Origin: Candidatus Heimdallarchaeota archaeon
Lineage (GTDB): Archaea > Asgardarchaeota > Heimdallarchaeia > Heimdallarchaeales > Heimdallarchaeaceae
Length of the DNA stretch: 45,330 nucleotides
Direction: 5' to 3'
Assembly (NCBI GenBank): GCA_023705945.1
Contig: BPTM01000158.1
Coordinates: 1 to 45,330 of the forward strand
The notes beneath the pieces are model-generated. The model made no database searches, was not told the DNA's origin, and was given only the letters and a program-made list of their open reading frames with translations. Positions 1-7,018 of the stretch are shown here, piece after piece. Position 1 is the stretch's first letter. Every line of letters starts with the position of its first letter. Made by a program: the position numbers and the translations under genes.

Positions 1-15
1 ATAAATTTTTCAGTA

Positions 16-1245
16 TTAAATATCCCAAGGAAACTCAGAAATTTCATCAGTTATATTCAATGTTCCACTTGGACTAACGAAGAATATGGTGGTTTCATAC
101 TCAATGTATATGTTATTACCAGCTACAATGAACCCTAGTACTACTCGAGAATACGGTCCACCATCTGGCCATGTAGCAGATTCGGTTTCCACCCAATCTT
201 TTGAATGTGTGTATGGACCATAACATCCGAAGCCATCCTCTCCAGGATTAAAACTTATCTGGAATGGCCAATCAATTCGATTGGATATCACAGGATCACA
301 TTTTTGTGGAGATAGCATTAGTTCATCCCATGAGGTTTCATAGGTAACTTCAGAATAGGTAAATTCATAGCCTACTCCACTTGCATAACTAAATTCCACT
401 ACTGCAGTCATGTCTATTTGTATCCAAGCCTCATATTCAAATCCTCCAGGGTCACGACAATCATAAGTAGTATAGAAAGTATGACTGTAGGTCAATCTGG
501 CATCAATAACATCGGGAGTGTTAAAAACTATGAAATAACCATAGTCATTTCTATAATTTCCACTTGTGTCAACAGCTTTTGCTTGTAATTCATAGATATC
601 ATTTGCTAAAGTTGTTGTATCAAAAATTGTTTCATAGGGGGCAGTATAGAACCTACCAAGATCAGCAACTACTTCATGGGTGTCAGAATCCTTAATGTAA
701 AATTGTACATAGTTAACCGCAACATTGTCATCAGCATTGGCTTTAATGGTAATGTCTCCATTAACTTCTATCCACTCAGGATAATATGTTACATCAGGGG
801 AAACTATGTCAACAGTAGGATTTGTGGTGTCAGGGGGAGGAGGGGTATAAAATGTGACAGAATGAGTATCTGAACGCATATTTCCAGCTGCATCAACAGC
901 AGTAGCTCTGATAGAGTGGAGACCGTTGATATAGTTAGCTGTGTTAGCGCTTTTTGTGTAAGAAGCTGTAGAATCATAACCTATATAGACTCCATCTATG
1001 TAGAAGTATACTCTATATACTCCAACATTATCACTAGCAGACGCTCGTATTGTGAATACTCCACTAACGGTTGCCCCATTCGAAGGGGAAGTAATAGATA
1101 CTGTAGGTCTTATTGTATCAGGTTGAGGATATCCAGGATCAAAACCCCAACTAACAACATTACTAATATTTGCAACAAGAAACACAATCACTAGAAATGA
1201 AAGTGTCGTTGTTATTTTTTTTAGATTTTTGTTCATTTTTTTCAC
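16..1245 (-). CDS. Secreted/membrane-anchored protein with two tandem Ig-like domains
   Basis: 409-aa ORF with an N-terminal hydrophobic segment (LSFLVIVFLVANI). It has two repeats of the pattern PTV.I.SP....V.G...I.A.A.DNV(G/A)V..V.FYI......A.AVD..GN, typical of prokaryotic Ig-like (Big-type) domains. The C-terminal ~170 aa are unassigned. Confidence 0.6.
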   Translation of the reverse strand: MKKMNKNLKKITTTLSFLVIVFLVANISNVVSWGFDPGYPQPDTIRPTVSITSPSNGATVSGVFTIRASASDNVGVYRVYFYIDGVYIGYDSTASYTKSANTANYINGLHSIRATAVDAAGNMRSDTHSVTFYTPPPPDTTNPTVDIVSPDVTYYPEWIEVNGDITIKANADDNVAVNYVQFYIKDSDTHEVVADLGRFYTAPYETIFDTTTLANDIYELQAKAVDTSGNYRNDYGYFIVFNTPDVIDARLTYSHTFYTTYDCRDPGGFEYEAWIQIDMTAVVEFSYASGVGYEFTYSEVTYETSWDELMLSPQKCDPVISNRIDWPFQISFNPGEDGFGCYGPYTHSKDWVETESATWPDGGPYSRVVLGFIVAGNNIYIEYETTIFFVSPSGTLNITDEISEFPWDI

Positions 1246-1566
1246 CTTTTAGTAGTTCCCACTAGTCACCAGACGACGTAGAACGTGAGCTGAGACCAAT
1301 ACGACTCACAATGTCACCCGAAGGCTAAAGTCTGGAATTCTGTGAAACCTAAGTACTAAACTCTAAGGAACTAAACCATAAGATCTAAACTTTGATTCCT
1401 GAGCCTTGAGAAAAATCCCTAGAGATTTCCCGAGCACTGAGTTTCAGTCAGTTGGATGGTCGCCGTTTGTTTTATCTAATTTAACTAGCGAAACTAGATA
1501 GTACTTAAAAAAGCCAATATTAATAGATTATGATTAATTATGCACTTGAAGTTTAAGCAGGAAAAT

Positions 1567-1586
1567 TATGGTGGTCGGACTGTGAT
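1567..1586 (-). repeat. Partial copy of the tRNA-Pro 3' exon (T-stem 3' half, acceptor 3' strand, ACCA)
   Basis: Plus strand tatggtggTcggacTgtgat at 1567-1586 matches tatggtggCcggacCgtgat at 1653-1672 at 18/20 positions by hand alignment. No matching 5' tRNA half is adjacent. Confidence 0.6.
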
Positions 1587-1654
1587 GTATCGTTTATATA
1601 CTGTTACTACAATGAAAAAAGGAAAGCACTTTTGCTAATTTAGTTAGAAGAGTA

Positions 1655-1763
1655 TGGTGGCCGGACCGTGATTTTCAATATTTCAGAGCGCATCTGAAGT
1701 TATTTTGAACACGGGATCACTGAGTCCCAAACCCAGGGCCATACCAAGCTAGACCATCCGGCC
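1655..1763 (-). tRNA. tRNA-Pro (anticodon UGG) with a 32-nt intron in the T-loop and encoded CCA
   Basis: Hand-folded on the minus strand. Acceptor GGCCGGA/TCCGGCC; D arm GTCT-AGCTTGGTA-TGGC; anticodon arm CTGGG-TTTGGGA-CTCAG (UGG, G37); variable loop TGATC; T stem CCGTG/CACGG; discriminator A then CCA. The 39 nt between the T-stem strands (1671-1709) are a 7-nt loop plus a 32-nt intron. Confidence 0.85.
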
Positions 1764-1838
1764 GAGAATGTCTCTCACTCTTTTGCCCCTCCTTATATAA
1801 TTAAGCTTTTCGTTCTTGTTATTACAGCTTAAACAAAC

Positions 1839-3380
1839 TCAATCAAACATCTCTCTATTTGCTAACATTAGCAATATATCTTCTAGTAGCCAGTTATTTA
1901 CTTGTGACCATAGCTTGCCTATAGCTAAATCTGCTAATGCCTGTTCAGCTGTATATGGTTTACTCATTACACTTGGAGGATAGATTGCTCTATCTCTATC
2001 CAGTGCTCCAAAATCATGACTGATCTCATGTTGAAAAATATTTTCTGCCCATTCATCTGGTATACTAAAACTGAATTCAAGGTAATTGTCTAGCTCTCTA
2101 GATTGTGCAAAATGAAAGGCGATATTACTATTAAGAAATGCAAAACCAAAATGATCACTCGTCTGATTAGAAAAACAAGAAAGAAAATCAAAACCATGAT
2201 TATTCAAAGATTTTCCATAGAAAACCTCCCAATCTCCTTCTAAATCCAACCCTTCACCAGCAATTTGCTTAGCATAATCATAAACACTAGGATATTCAGT
2301 TGTTGTGGGTTGCCAAATCAGCTCCAGAATGGGGATTAGTTTTATTCCAAGATCTTTTTCGAAATAGGTTGAAGCATTTTTAATATATATCATAGGATTT
2401 TTTCTGAAAACTTCATCATTCCTATATTCCCAATTATCGTTCAAGGAAACAATGAAGACTCTATGTTCATAGCTAATTACCGATATACTATCTAAGTAAA
2501 TATTAGTATACTCTGTAACTTCTGTAAAAATGATTTGAAGTGTGACATTGGCTATACCCTCAGTATGTTCAAAATAGATGATTTGATCTGTTGACGAGCT
2601 TTCAGTTAAGATAAGACTCATTATCTGTGGCGTATCGTTTATGGTCAAGTTAACTACTAAAATGCCTGGTTTATCCAACAGTATTTCAAAAGAAACGAAG
2701 TGTGCATTCGTCAAATTAATGTTTTGAGATATTGACACCCAAGTTGAGTTAGACGCTGTAATATTATCCAAGTTGAAAATATGGAATGAAGATCCGTTTA
2801 GTGGTGAAGAGGGGTCTATGCCAGAAATAAGTGTAGTTTCTAGTTTGTTAATCTCCCATCCAGCTGATTCATTGCTAAAATCTCCATTTGTGGCTTTTTC
2901 TTCCTTTTCAGGATTAATAATACTGAAATCAAAGTTTGTTTTCTCAAATACAGCAGGTAGTTGTTCTCCAAATGAAACATTAGCAGAATGCAGGTTATAA
3001 TTCCCTACATTTAATGCGTAGAATCCATCGCTTGAATTCAGAAGGGGATGCAAGAAAACTGTTATGTTATAACTGGCCTTCCCACTTTTGGTTTGGTTAA
3101 TTTCTTGAATAATTGTGGTGTTGAAATTATATTTCTCAGAGTATATACCAAACTGAATATTTTCTATTAAGACATCTCCTCTTTTACCAATATAAATCTC
3201 AAAAACTATTTTGACAGAATCTCCTTTTATTATACTCTCTTCAACGGAAATGATGTTCAACTCAAAGTCTGCTGTAATATCAAGAATTGTTTTAGTAATG
3301 AAAAAACCACTTAACCCAATCAAAATTAAAGATGCAAGAAAAATAGAAGTAAATAGGGGCTTCTTGAAAGGATTTTTCAC
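1839..3380 (-). CDS. Membrane-anchored, sequon-rich zinc metalloprotease (metzincin-like)
   Basis: 513 aa with an N-terminal TM segment (FTSIFLASLILIGLSGFFI). The C-terminal motif HEISHDFGALD fits HExxHxxGxxD and is followed by a possible Met-turn (PPSVMS). There are more than a dozen N-x-S/T sequons in the middle region. Confidence 0.65.
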   Translation of the reverse strand: MKNPFKKPLFTSIFLASLILIGLSGFFITKTILDITADFELNIISVEESIIKGDSVKIVFEIYIGKRGDVLIENIQFGIYSEKYNFNTTIIQEINQTKSGKASYNITVFLHPLLNSSDGFYALNVGNYNLHSANVSFGEQLPAVFEKTNFDFSIINPEKEEKATNGDFSNESAGWEINKLETTLISGIDPSSPLNGSSFHIFNLDNITASNSTWVSISQNINLTNAHFVSFEILLDKPGILVVNLTINDTPQIMSLILTESSSTDQIIYFEHTEGIANVTLQIIFTEVTEYTNIYLDSISVISYEHRVFIVSLNDNWEYRNDEVFRKNPMIYIKNASTYFEKDLGIKLIPILELIWQPTTTEYPSVYDYAKQIAGEGLDLEGDWEVFYGKSLNNHGFDFLSCFSNQTSDHFGFAFLNSNIAFHFAQSRELDNYLEFSFSIPDEWAENIFQHEISHDFGALDRDRAIYPPSVMSKPYTAEQALADLAIGKLWSQVNNWLLEDILLMLANREMFD

Positions 3381-3434
3381 GACCCTAGTGTAGCTTCAAA
3401 CCAATATATGCTTTTGGAATAGTAGGAAATAAAA

Positions 3435-4166
3435 CTAACTAGCCTCCGTTTTAGCTCCCTTTTCTTTTTCTATATCTACCTTTTGACCCATCTTTCTTTC
3501 AGTTCCTGTTAGAAGTCGTTTGATATTTGCTCTGTGCCTCCAATAAATAAAAACTACCATTACTATACTAACTATCAAAGCCCATAAACTTTGATTACCA
3601 AAGAAACCATTACCACTACCACCAAAATACCAGTAAAAGGGTATGGAGATCAATGTTACAGTTAAATTCGAGAGAGACATTAGTTTTGTATATTTCAGGA
3701 GGAAGAACCAGATAAACATGATTACTGCCCACGCAATAGGGCTAATCCCCAACATTGCTCCTGATCCGACTGCAGCAGATTTACCTCCTCGGAATTTAAG
3801 CCAAACAGGAAAACTGTGACCAATTATAGTCATAAAAGCTACTAGAGCTAAGAAGAATCCCTCATCTAAGGTCAATGGAAAGCCACTGGTACTATCAGTT
3901 CCAAAATAGCTATAATTGCCAAACCAAAGATAAAACCTAGCACATAAAACAGCTATCGTTCCCTTGAACATATCTAGAACCAAAGTTGTTAATCCCGCTT
4001 TCTTTCCGAGAGTCCTCAAAACATTAGCGGTCCCCATGTTACCTGAACCGTGTTCTCTGATATCTATGCCATAAAAAAGTTTTCCAATTAAGTACGCAAC
4101 AGGGATGGATCCGCAGAAATAACCTAGTACTATTAATAGAATTTCATAAACTATTTCATAACTCAT
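3435..4166 (-). CDS. plsY: Glycerol-3-phosphate acyltransferase PlsY (acyl-phosphate dependent)
   Basis: 243-aa polytopic membrane protein. N-terminal GYFCGSIPVAYLIGK, the signature HGSGNMGTANVLRTLGKKAG and downstream LDMFKG match the PlsY family pattern. Confidence 0.85.
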   Translation of the reverse strand: MSYEIVYEILLIVLGYFCGSIPVAYLIGKLFYGIDIREHGSGNMGTANVLRTLGKKAGLTTLVLDMFKGTIAVLCARFYLWFGNYSYFGTDSTSGFPLTLDEGFFLALVAFMTIIGHSFPVWLKFRGGKSAAVGSGAMLGISPIAWAVIMFIWFFLLKYTKLMSLSNLTVTLISIPFYWYFGGSGNGFFGNQSLWALIVSIVMVVFIYWRHRANIKRLLTGTERKMGQKVDIEKEKGAKTEAS

Positions 4167-4276
4167 GATGTAAAGGTCTAGAGACTTTTATTTAAAACTT
4201 ATTTGAAAATGTAAAAAGATGTAAAATGTCCACTAAGCTAAAGACAAGAAAAATAAGAAGCGTTTTTAGGAAGAAT

Positions 4277-4528
4277 TTATTTCTCGACGCAGATCATCGT
4301 CATTGTGCTACGTACATTCTCCAGTGCTCGGAGATTTTCTGTAACAATTTTCTTTAATTCATCCATGGTATCTGCTTCAATCTTCGCAATTAGGTCATAG
4401 ACACCATAGACTACATGGGCTTCACCGACATTTGGAAGAGACATAAGTTGGTCAAGTACGCTTTTTTCTTCTCCTATTTCGCTATTAATCAGGATGAATG
4501 CTATTGCCATTTGGATTTCACCAACCAA
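4277..4528 (-). CDS. Stand-alone Lrp/AsnC-type ligand-binding (RAM) domain protein, no HTH
   Basis: 83 aa. AFILINSEIGEEKSVLDQLMSLPNVGEAHVVYGVYDLIAKIEADTMDELKKIV...VRSTMTMI is the classic RAM-domain beta-alpha-beta-beta-alpha-beta pattern. An alternative start is Met7 (4510). Confidence 0.7.
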   Translation of the reverse strand: MVGEIQMAIAFILINSEIGEEKSVLDQLMSLPNVGEAHVVYGVYDLIAKIEADTMDELKKIVTENLRALENVRSTMTMICVEK

Positions 4529-4624
4529 CTATATGTCAACACGTTTAATAAACTTTTTTCAGACATTAACAATTTGTGTATAAATCAACGATATTTTATA
4601 GTCACATTAGCTGAATCATCATAT

Positions 4625-5401
4625 ATGCCTACAGATCCACATTCTGAACGATTAAAAGAGCTTGCTAGATCGTACTATTTTAAAAATACCAAGAAGAAAT
4701 CAAAGAGCATAGTAATTCTAGTACATGGTTTTGGTGCTTCAGCTACAGAGACGCGGCCGCTAGGAAAGTTTCTTTATTCTGAAGGATATGATGTAATGGG
4801 AATCCTCCTGAAGGGGCATGGAACTAAACTTGATGATTTGGATGACGTAAGTTGGGAAGAATGGATTGGTAACATACAGGAAACATATGATGAATATACT
4901 TCTAAGTATTCCAACATCTTTGTTGGGGGGATTTCGATGGGAGGAGCTCTAGCTCTATATTCCTCTACACAGATGAAATTCAAAGCTATTTTTACTATCA
5001 GCGCTTTTTATCACTTATCAAAGACTTTGTCTTTTACTACATGTTTTCTAAGTCTTTTTGGGGTTCACAGACAAAGAAGTAAAGCAAGAATTAAGTGGTA
5101 TGTGGAAAATAATCTTTTTTCCTATTCTGAAGATTCTTTCTCAGCAGCTAGACAATTATACAAAATGTTAAAGGCATTACACAGGAAAATAGATGAAGTT
5201 AACGTTCCAGTATTAATGATTCAGTCTAAAGAGGATATAACAGCTAAACCAGAAGGAGCAGAGAAGCTGTACGAAGACTTGAAAACCAAAAAGGAATTGT
5301 TCTTTGTACAGAATGGGGATCATATTTTGACTGTAGATCCACATAGACAAGAGGCTTTTGATAAAATACTATCATTTCTTGGAGAAATGGTGAAAAACTA
5401 A
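4625..5401 (+). CDS. Alpha/beta-hydrolase, carboxylesterase/monoacylglycerol-lipase-like
   Basis: The tracked ORF starts at 4415, but that extension overlaps the divergent RAM gene. The internal ATG at 4625 gives MPTDPHS.... Motifs are VILVHGFGAS (oxyanion region), LKGHGT and the nucleophile elbow GISMGG, with late Asp/His candidates (SKEDI, GDHIL). Confidence 0.8.
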   Translation: MPTDPHSERLKELARSYYFKNTKKKSKSIVILVHGFGASATETRPLGKFLYSEGYDVMGILLKGHGTKLDDLDDVSWEEWIGNIQETYDEYTSKYSNIFVGGISMGGALALYSSTQMKFKAIFTISAFYHLSKTLSFTTCFLSLFGVHRQRSKARIKWYVENNLFSYSEDSFSAARQLYKMLKALHRKIDEVNVPVLMIQSKEDITAKPEGAEKLYEDLKTKKELFFVQNGDHILTVDPHRQEAFDKILSFLGEMVKN

Positions 5402-5493
5402 GAAAACCTTGTTGAAGGCATAAATGCAATTCAAAAAGCCAATAACGAAAGATATTAAAAAGATGAGACAGAAAAACGGATAGCACAAGCGAA

Positions 5494-5602
5494 GCCTCGA
5501 TGGTGTAGTTCGGCCAATCATTGCGGACTTTCACATGTGAAAGTCCGCGTGACAAAGCAGGGATATCCGCAGACCCGGGTTCAAATCCCGGTCGAGGCAC
5601 CA
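5494..5602 (+). tRNA. tRNA-Glu (anticodon UUC) with a 31-nt anticodon-loop intron and encoded CCA
   Basis: Acceptor GCCTCGA/TCGAGGC; D arm GTGT-AGTTCGGCCAA-TCAT (archaeal tRNA-Glu-like); anticodon stem GCGGA/TCCGC enclosing 38 nt (7-nt loop CTTTCA+A plus a 31-nt intron at or next to position 37/38); T arm CCGGG-TTCAAAT-CCCGG; A73 then CCA. Confidence 0.9.
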
Positions 5603-5697
5603 ACTCTTTTCAAACAAGAATTTTCCTAAACAAATAATTCTGTTACCACATATGCTCACTTTTATTAATAGCATTATGCTGTGTTTCATGACTTAGA

Positions 5698-6165
5698 ATG
5701 GTTCATTATAGAAAAGCAACATTAACTGATGTTGAAAACTTGGTTAATCTCCGAATAAAATTTCTCTATGAAGCTGAGAAGATAGATGAAGAAACACCAT
5801 CTGATTTACTTGAAGAATCTCTCTCTAAGTACTTCACTATTCATCTACAGAATGGAGAATTCATAGCTTGGTTTGCTGTAGAAGATGACCTAATTGTAGC
5901 AACTAGCGGAGTGTCTTTTAGTACTGTGCCACCAAGTTTTGGAAATGTTTCGGGAGCAGAAGCTTACATTATAAACATGTATACTCTACCTCAGGCACGA
6001 AAGAAAGGTATAGGAACTACATTACTAGGGAAACTAATAGAAGATATAGCAGAGAAGAAGATTAAGAAAGTAAGATTACTTACAACAGAAATAGGTAAGT
6101 CACTGTATATCAAAACAGGATTTAAAGAAAGTGATTCTGAAATGGTATTAAATCTTGAAGAATGA
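5698..6165 (+). CDS. GNAT-family N-acetyltransferase
   Basis: 155 aa. The acetyl-CoA binding motif A is QARKKGIGTTLLGKLIE, and the size and pattern are typical of GNAT. Confidence 0.8.
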   Translation: MVHYRKATLTDVENLVNLRIKFLYEAEKIDEETPSDLLEESLSKYFTIHLQNGEFIAWFAVEDDLIVATSGVSFSTVPPSFGNVSGAEAYIINMYTLPQARKKGIGTTLLGKLIEDIAEKKIKKVRLLTTEIGKSLYIKTGFKESDSEMVLNLEE

Positions 6166-6236
6166 CTACAATCACAAAGATAAATTTAAAAAATCCAACA
6201 AACTGAAACTGTTGACCACTATATTTTTTCCTAAAT

Positions 6237-6321
6237 GCGGGGATTGCCGAGTGGTCAAAGGCGCTGGACTTAGGATCCAGTCTTTAGTAGTTCGGGAGTT
6301 CGACTCTCCCTCCCCGCACCA
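6237..6321 (+). tRNA. tRNA-Leu (anticodon UAG), class II, intron-less, encoded CCA
   Basis: Acceptor GCGGGGA/TCCCCGC; D arm GCC-GAGTGGTCAAA-GGC; anticodon arm CTGGA-CTTAGGA-TCCAG; long variable arm TCTTTAGTAGTTC; T arm GGGAG-TTCGACT-CTCCC; A73 then CCA. Confidence 0.95.
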
Positions 6322-6426
6322 AATTCTATACAATTTCTAGAATATAGTTGACTTTGAAAAAACTAATTTTCTTCACTTTTAATATTGTCCCTCTTTTTTC
6401 TTATATAGCTGTACAAGTATTGTAAT

Positions 6427-6897
6427 ATGGTCATAATGTCATCATGCAAGCTGTTACATGATAACTCTCTAGATTTAGGGGTTGTTCTAGTTAAATTCGA
6501 CCATAGACTTGGTCCTGTTGTTCTATCAAATAATTCAACATTGTCAGAAGATCTATTAATGAAACTGGCAATTAAGGGTACTTCAACTTTGATGAATGGT
6601 TTACCCTATGATATGGCAAACTCAAGACGTTTTCGAGGTCTTCTTCAATTGTCTGAAGATTACTTTGTTTATGGTTTTGATATGATTTTAATAGACGACG
6701 AAGATGATAAGGGTGCTTTCGTTCCTGTTCTATTATTCGTAGTTTTTCCTACAATATCAGTCCCAATAATAGGGTCTAATCTTCGATCTATTGAACAGTT
6801 ACTATACAAATCTACACAAACATTTCTCAATCTCTCTCATATAGATATAGATTTTGGGTTTAACTTACGTCTATCTCTTCGTGAAAATTTGCTTTAG
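6427..6897 (+). CDS. Hypothetical small soluble protein (possible longin-like fold)
   Basis: 156-aa ORF with no recognisable catalytic motif. By eye the secondary-structure order is beta-beta-alpha-beta-beta-beta-alpha, starting at LGVVLVKFDHRLGPVVLS. Confidence 0.5.
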   Translation: MVIMSSCKLLHDNSLDLGVVLVKFDHRLGPVVLSNNSTLSEDLLMKLAIKGTSTLMNGLPYDMANSRRFRGLLQLSEDYFVYGFDMILIDDEDDKGAFVPVLLFVVFPTISVPIIGSNLRSIEQLLYKSTQTFLNLSHIDIDFGFNLRLSLRENLL

Positions 6898-7018
6898 ATT
6901 CAAACCTTTCTACTTCTGTTTTTCTTCTTTAGACTGCAATATGACATTTTAAGAGATTCGACATCTATAAATATGGTAATTAGCTATATGATAGTTAGAA
7001 ACTCAAAAAGATGATTCT

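Noticed and set aside
1246-1838. An integrated mobile element or provirus at tRNA-Pro.
   Set aside because: Only a 20-nt att-like duplicate lies 66 bp away. No integrase, transposase or phage-like gene is in the window. It is kept only as a possible scar.
4415-4624. 70-codon N-terminal extension of the esterase ORF in the track.
   Set aside because: The extension overlaps the divergent RAM-domain gene and has no similarity to the hydrolase fold. The family-typical N-terminus begins at the ATG at 4625.
5244-5603. 119-aa minus-strand ORF.
   Set aside because: It runs antisense across the well-folded tRNA-Glu gene and the 3' end of the esterase gene, and it has no recognisable motif.
6181-6236. 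TATA-like A/T boxes upstream of the tRNA genes as specific promoter calls.
   Set aside because: The intergenic DNA is so AT-rich that TATA-like strings occur at many spacings. I could not fix a BRE/TATA at a consistent distance without transcription-start data.
6155-6340. 61-aa plus-strand ORF.
   Set aside because: It reads straight through tRNA-Leu(UAG).
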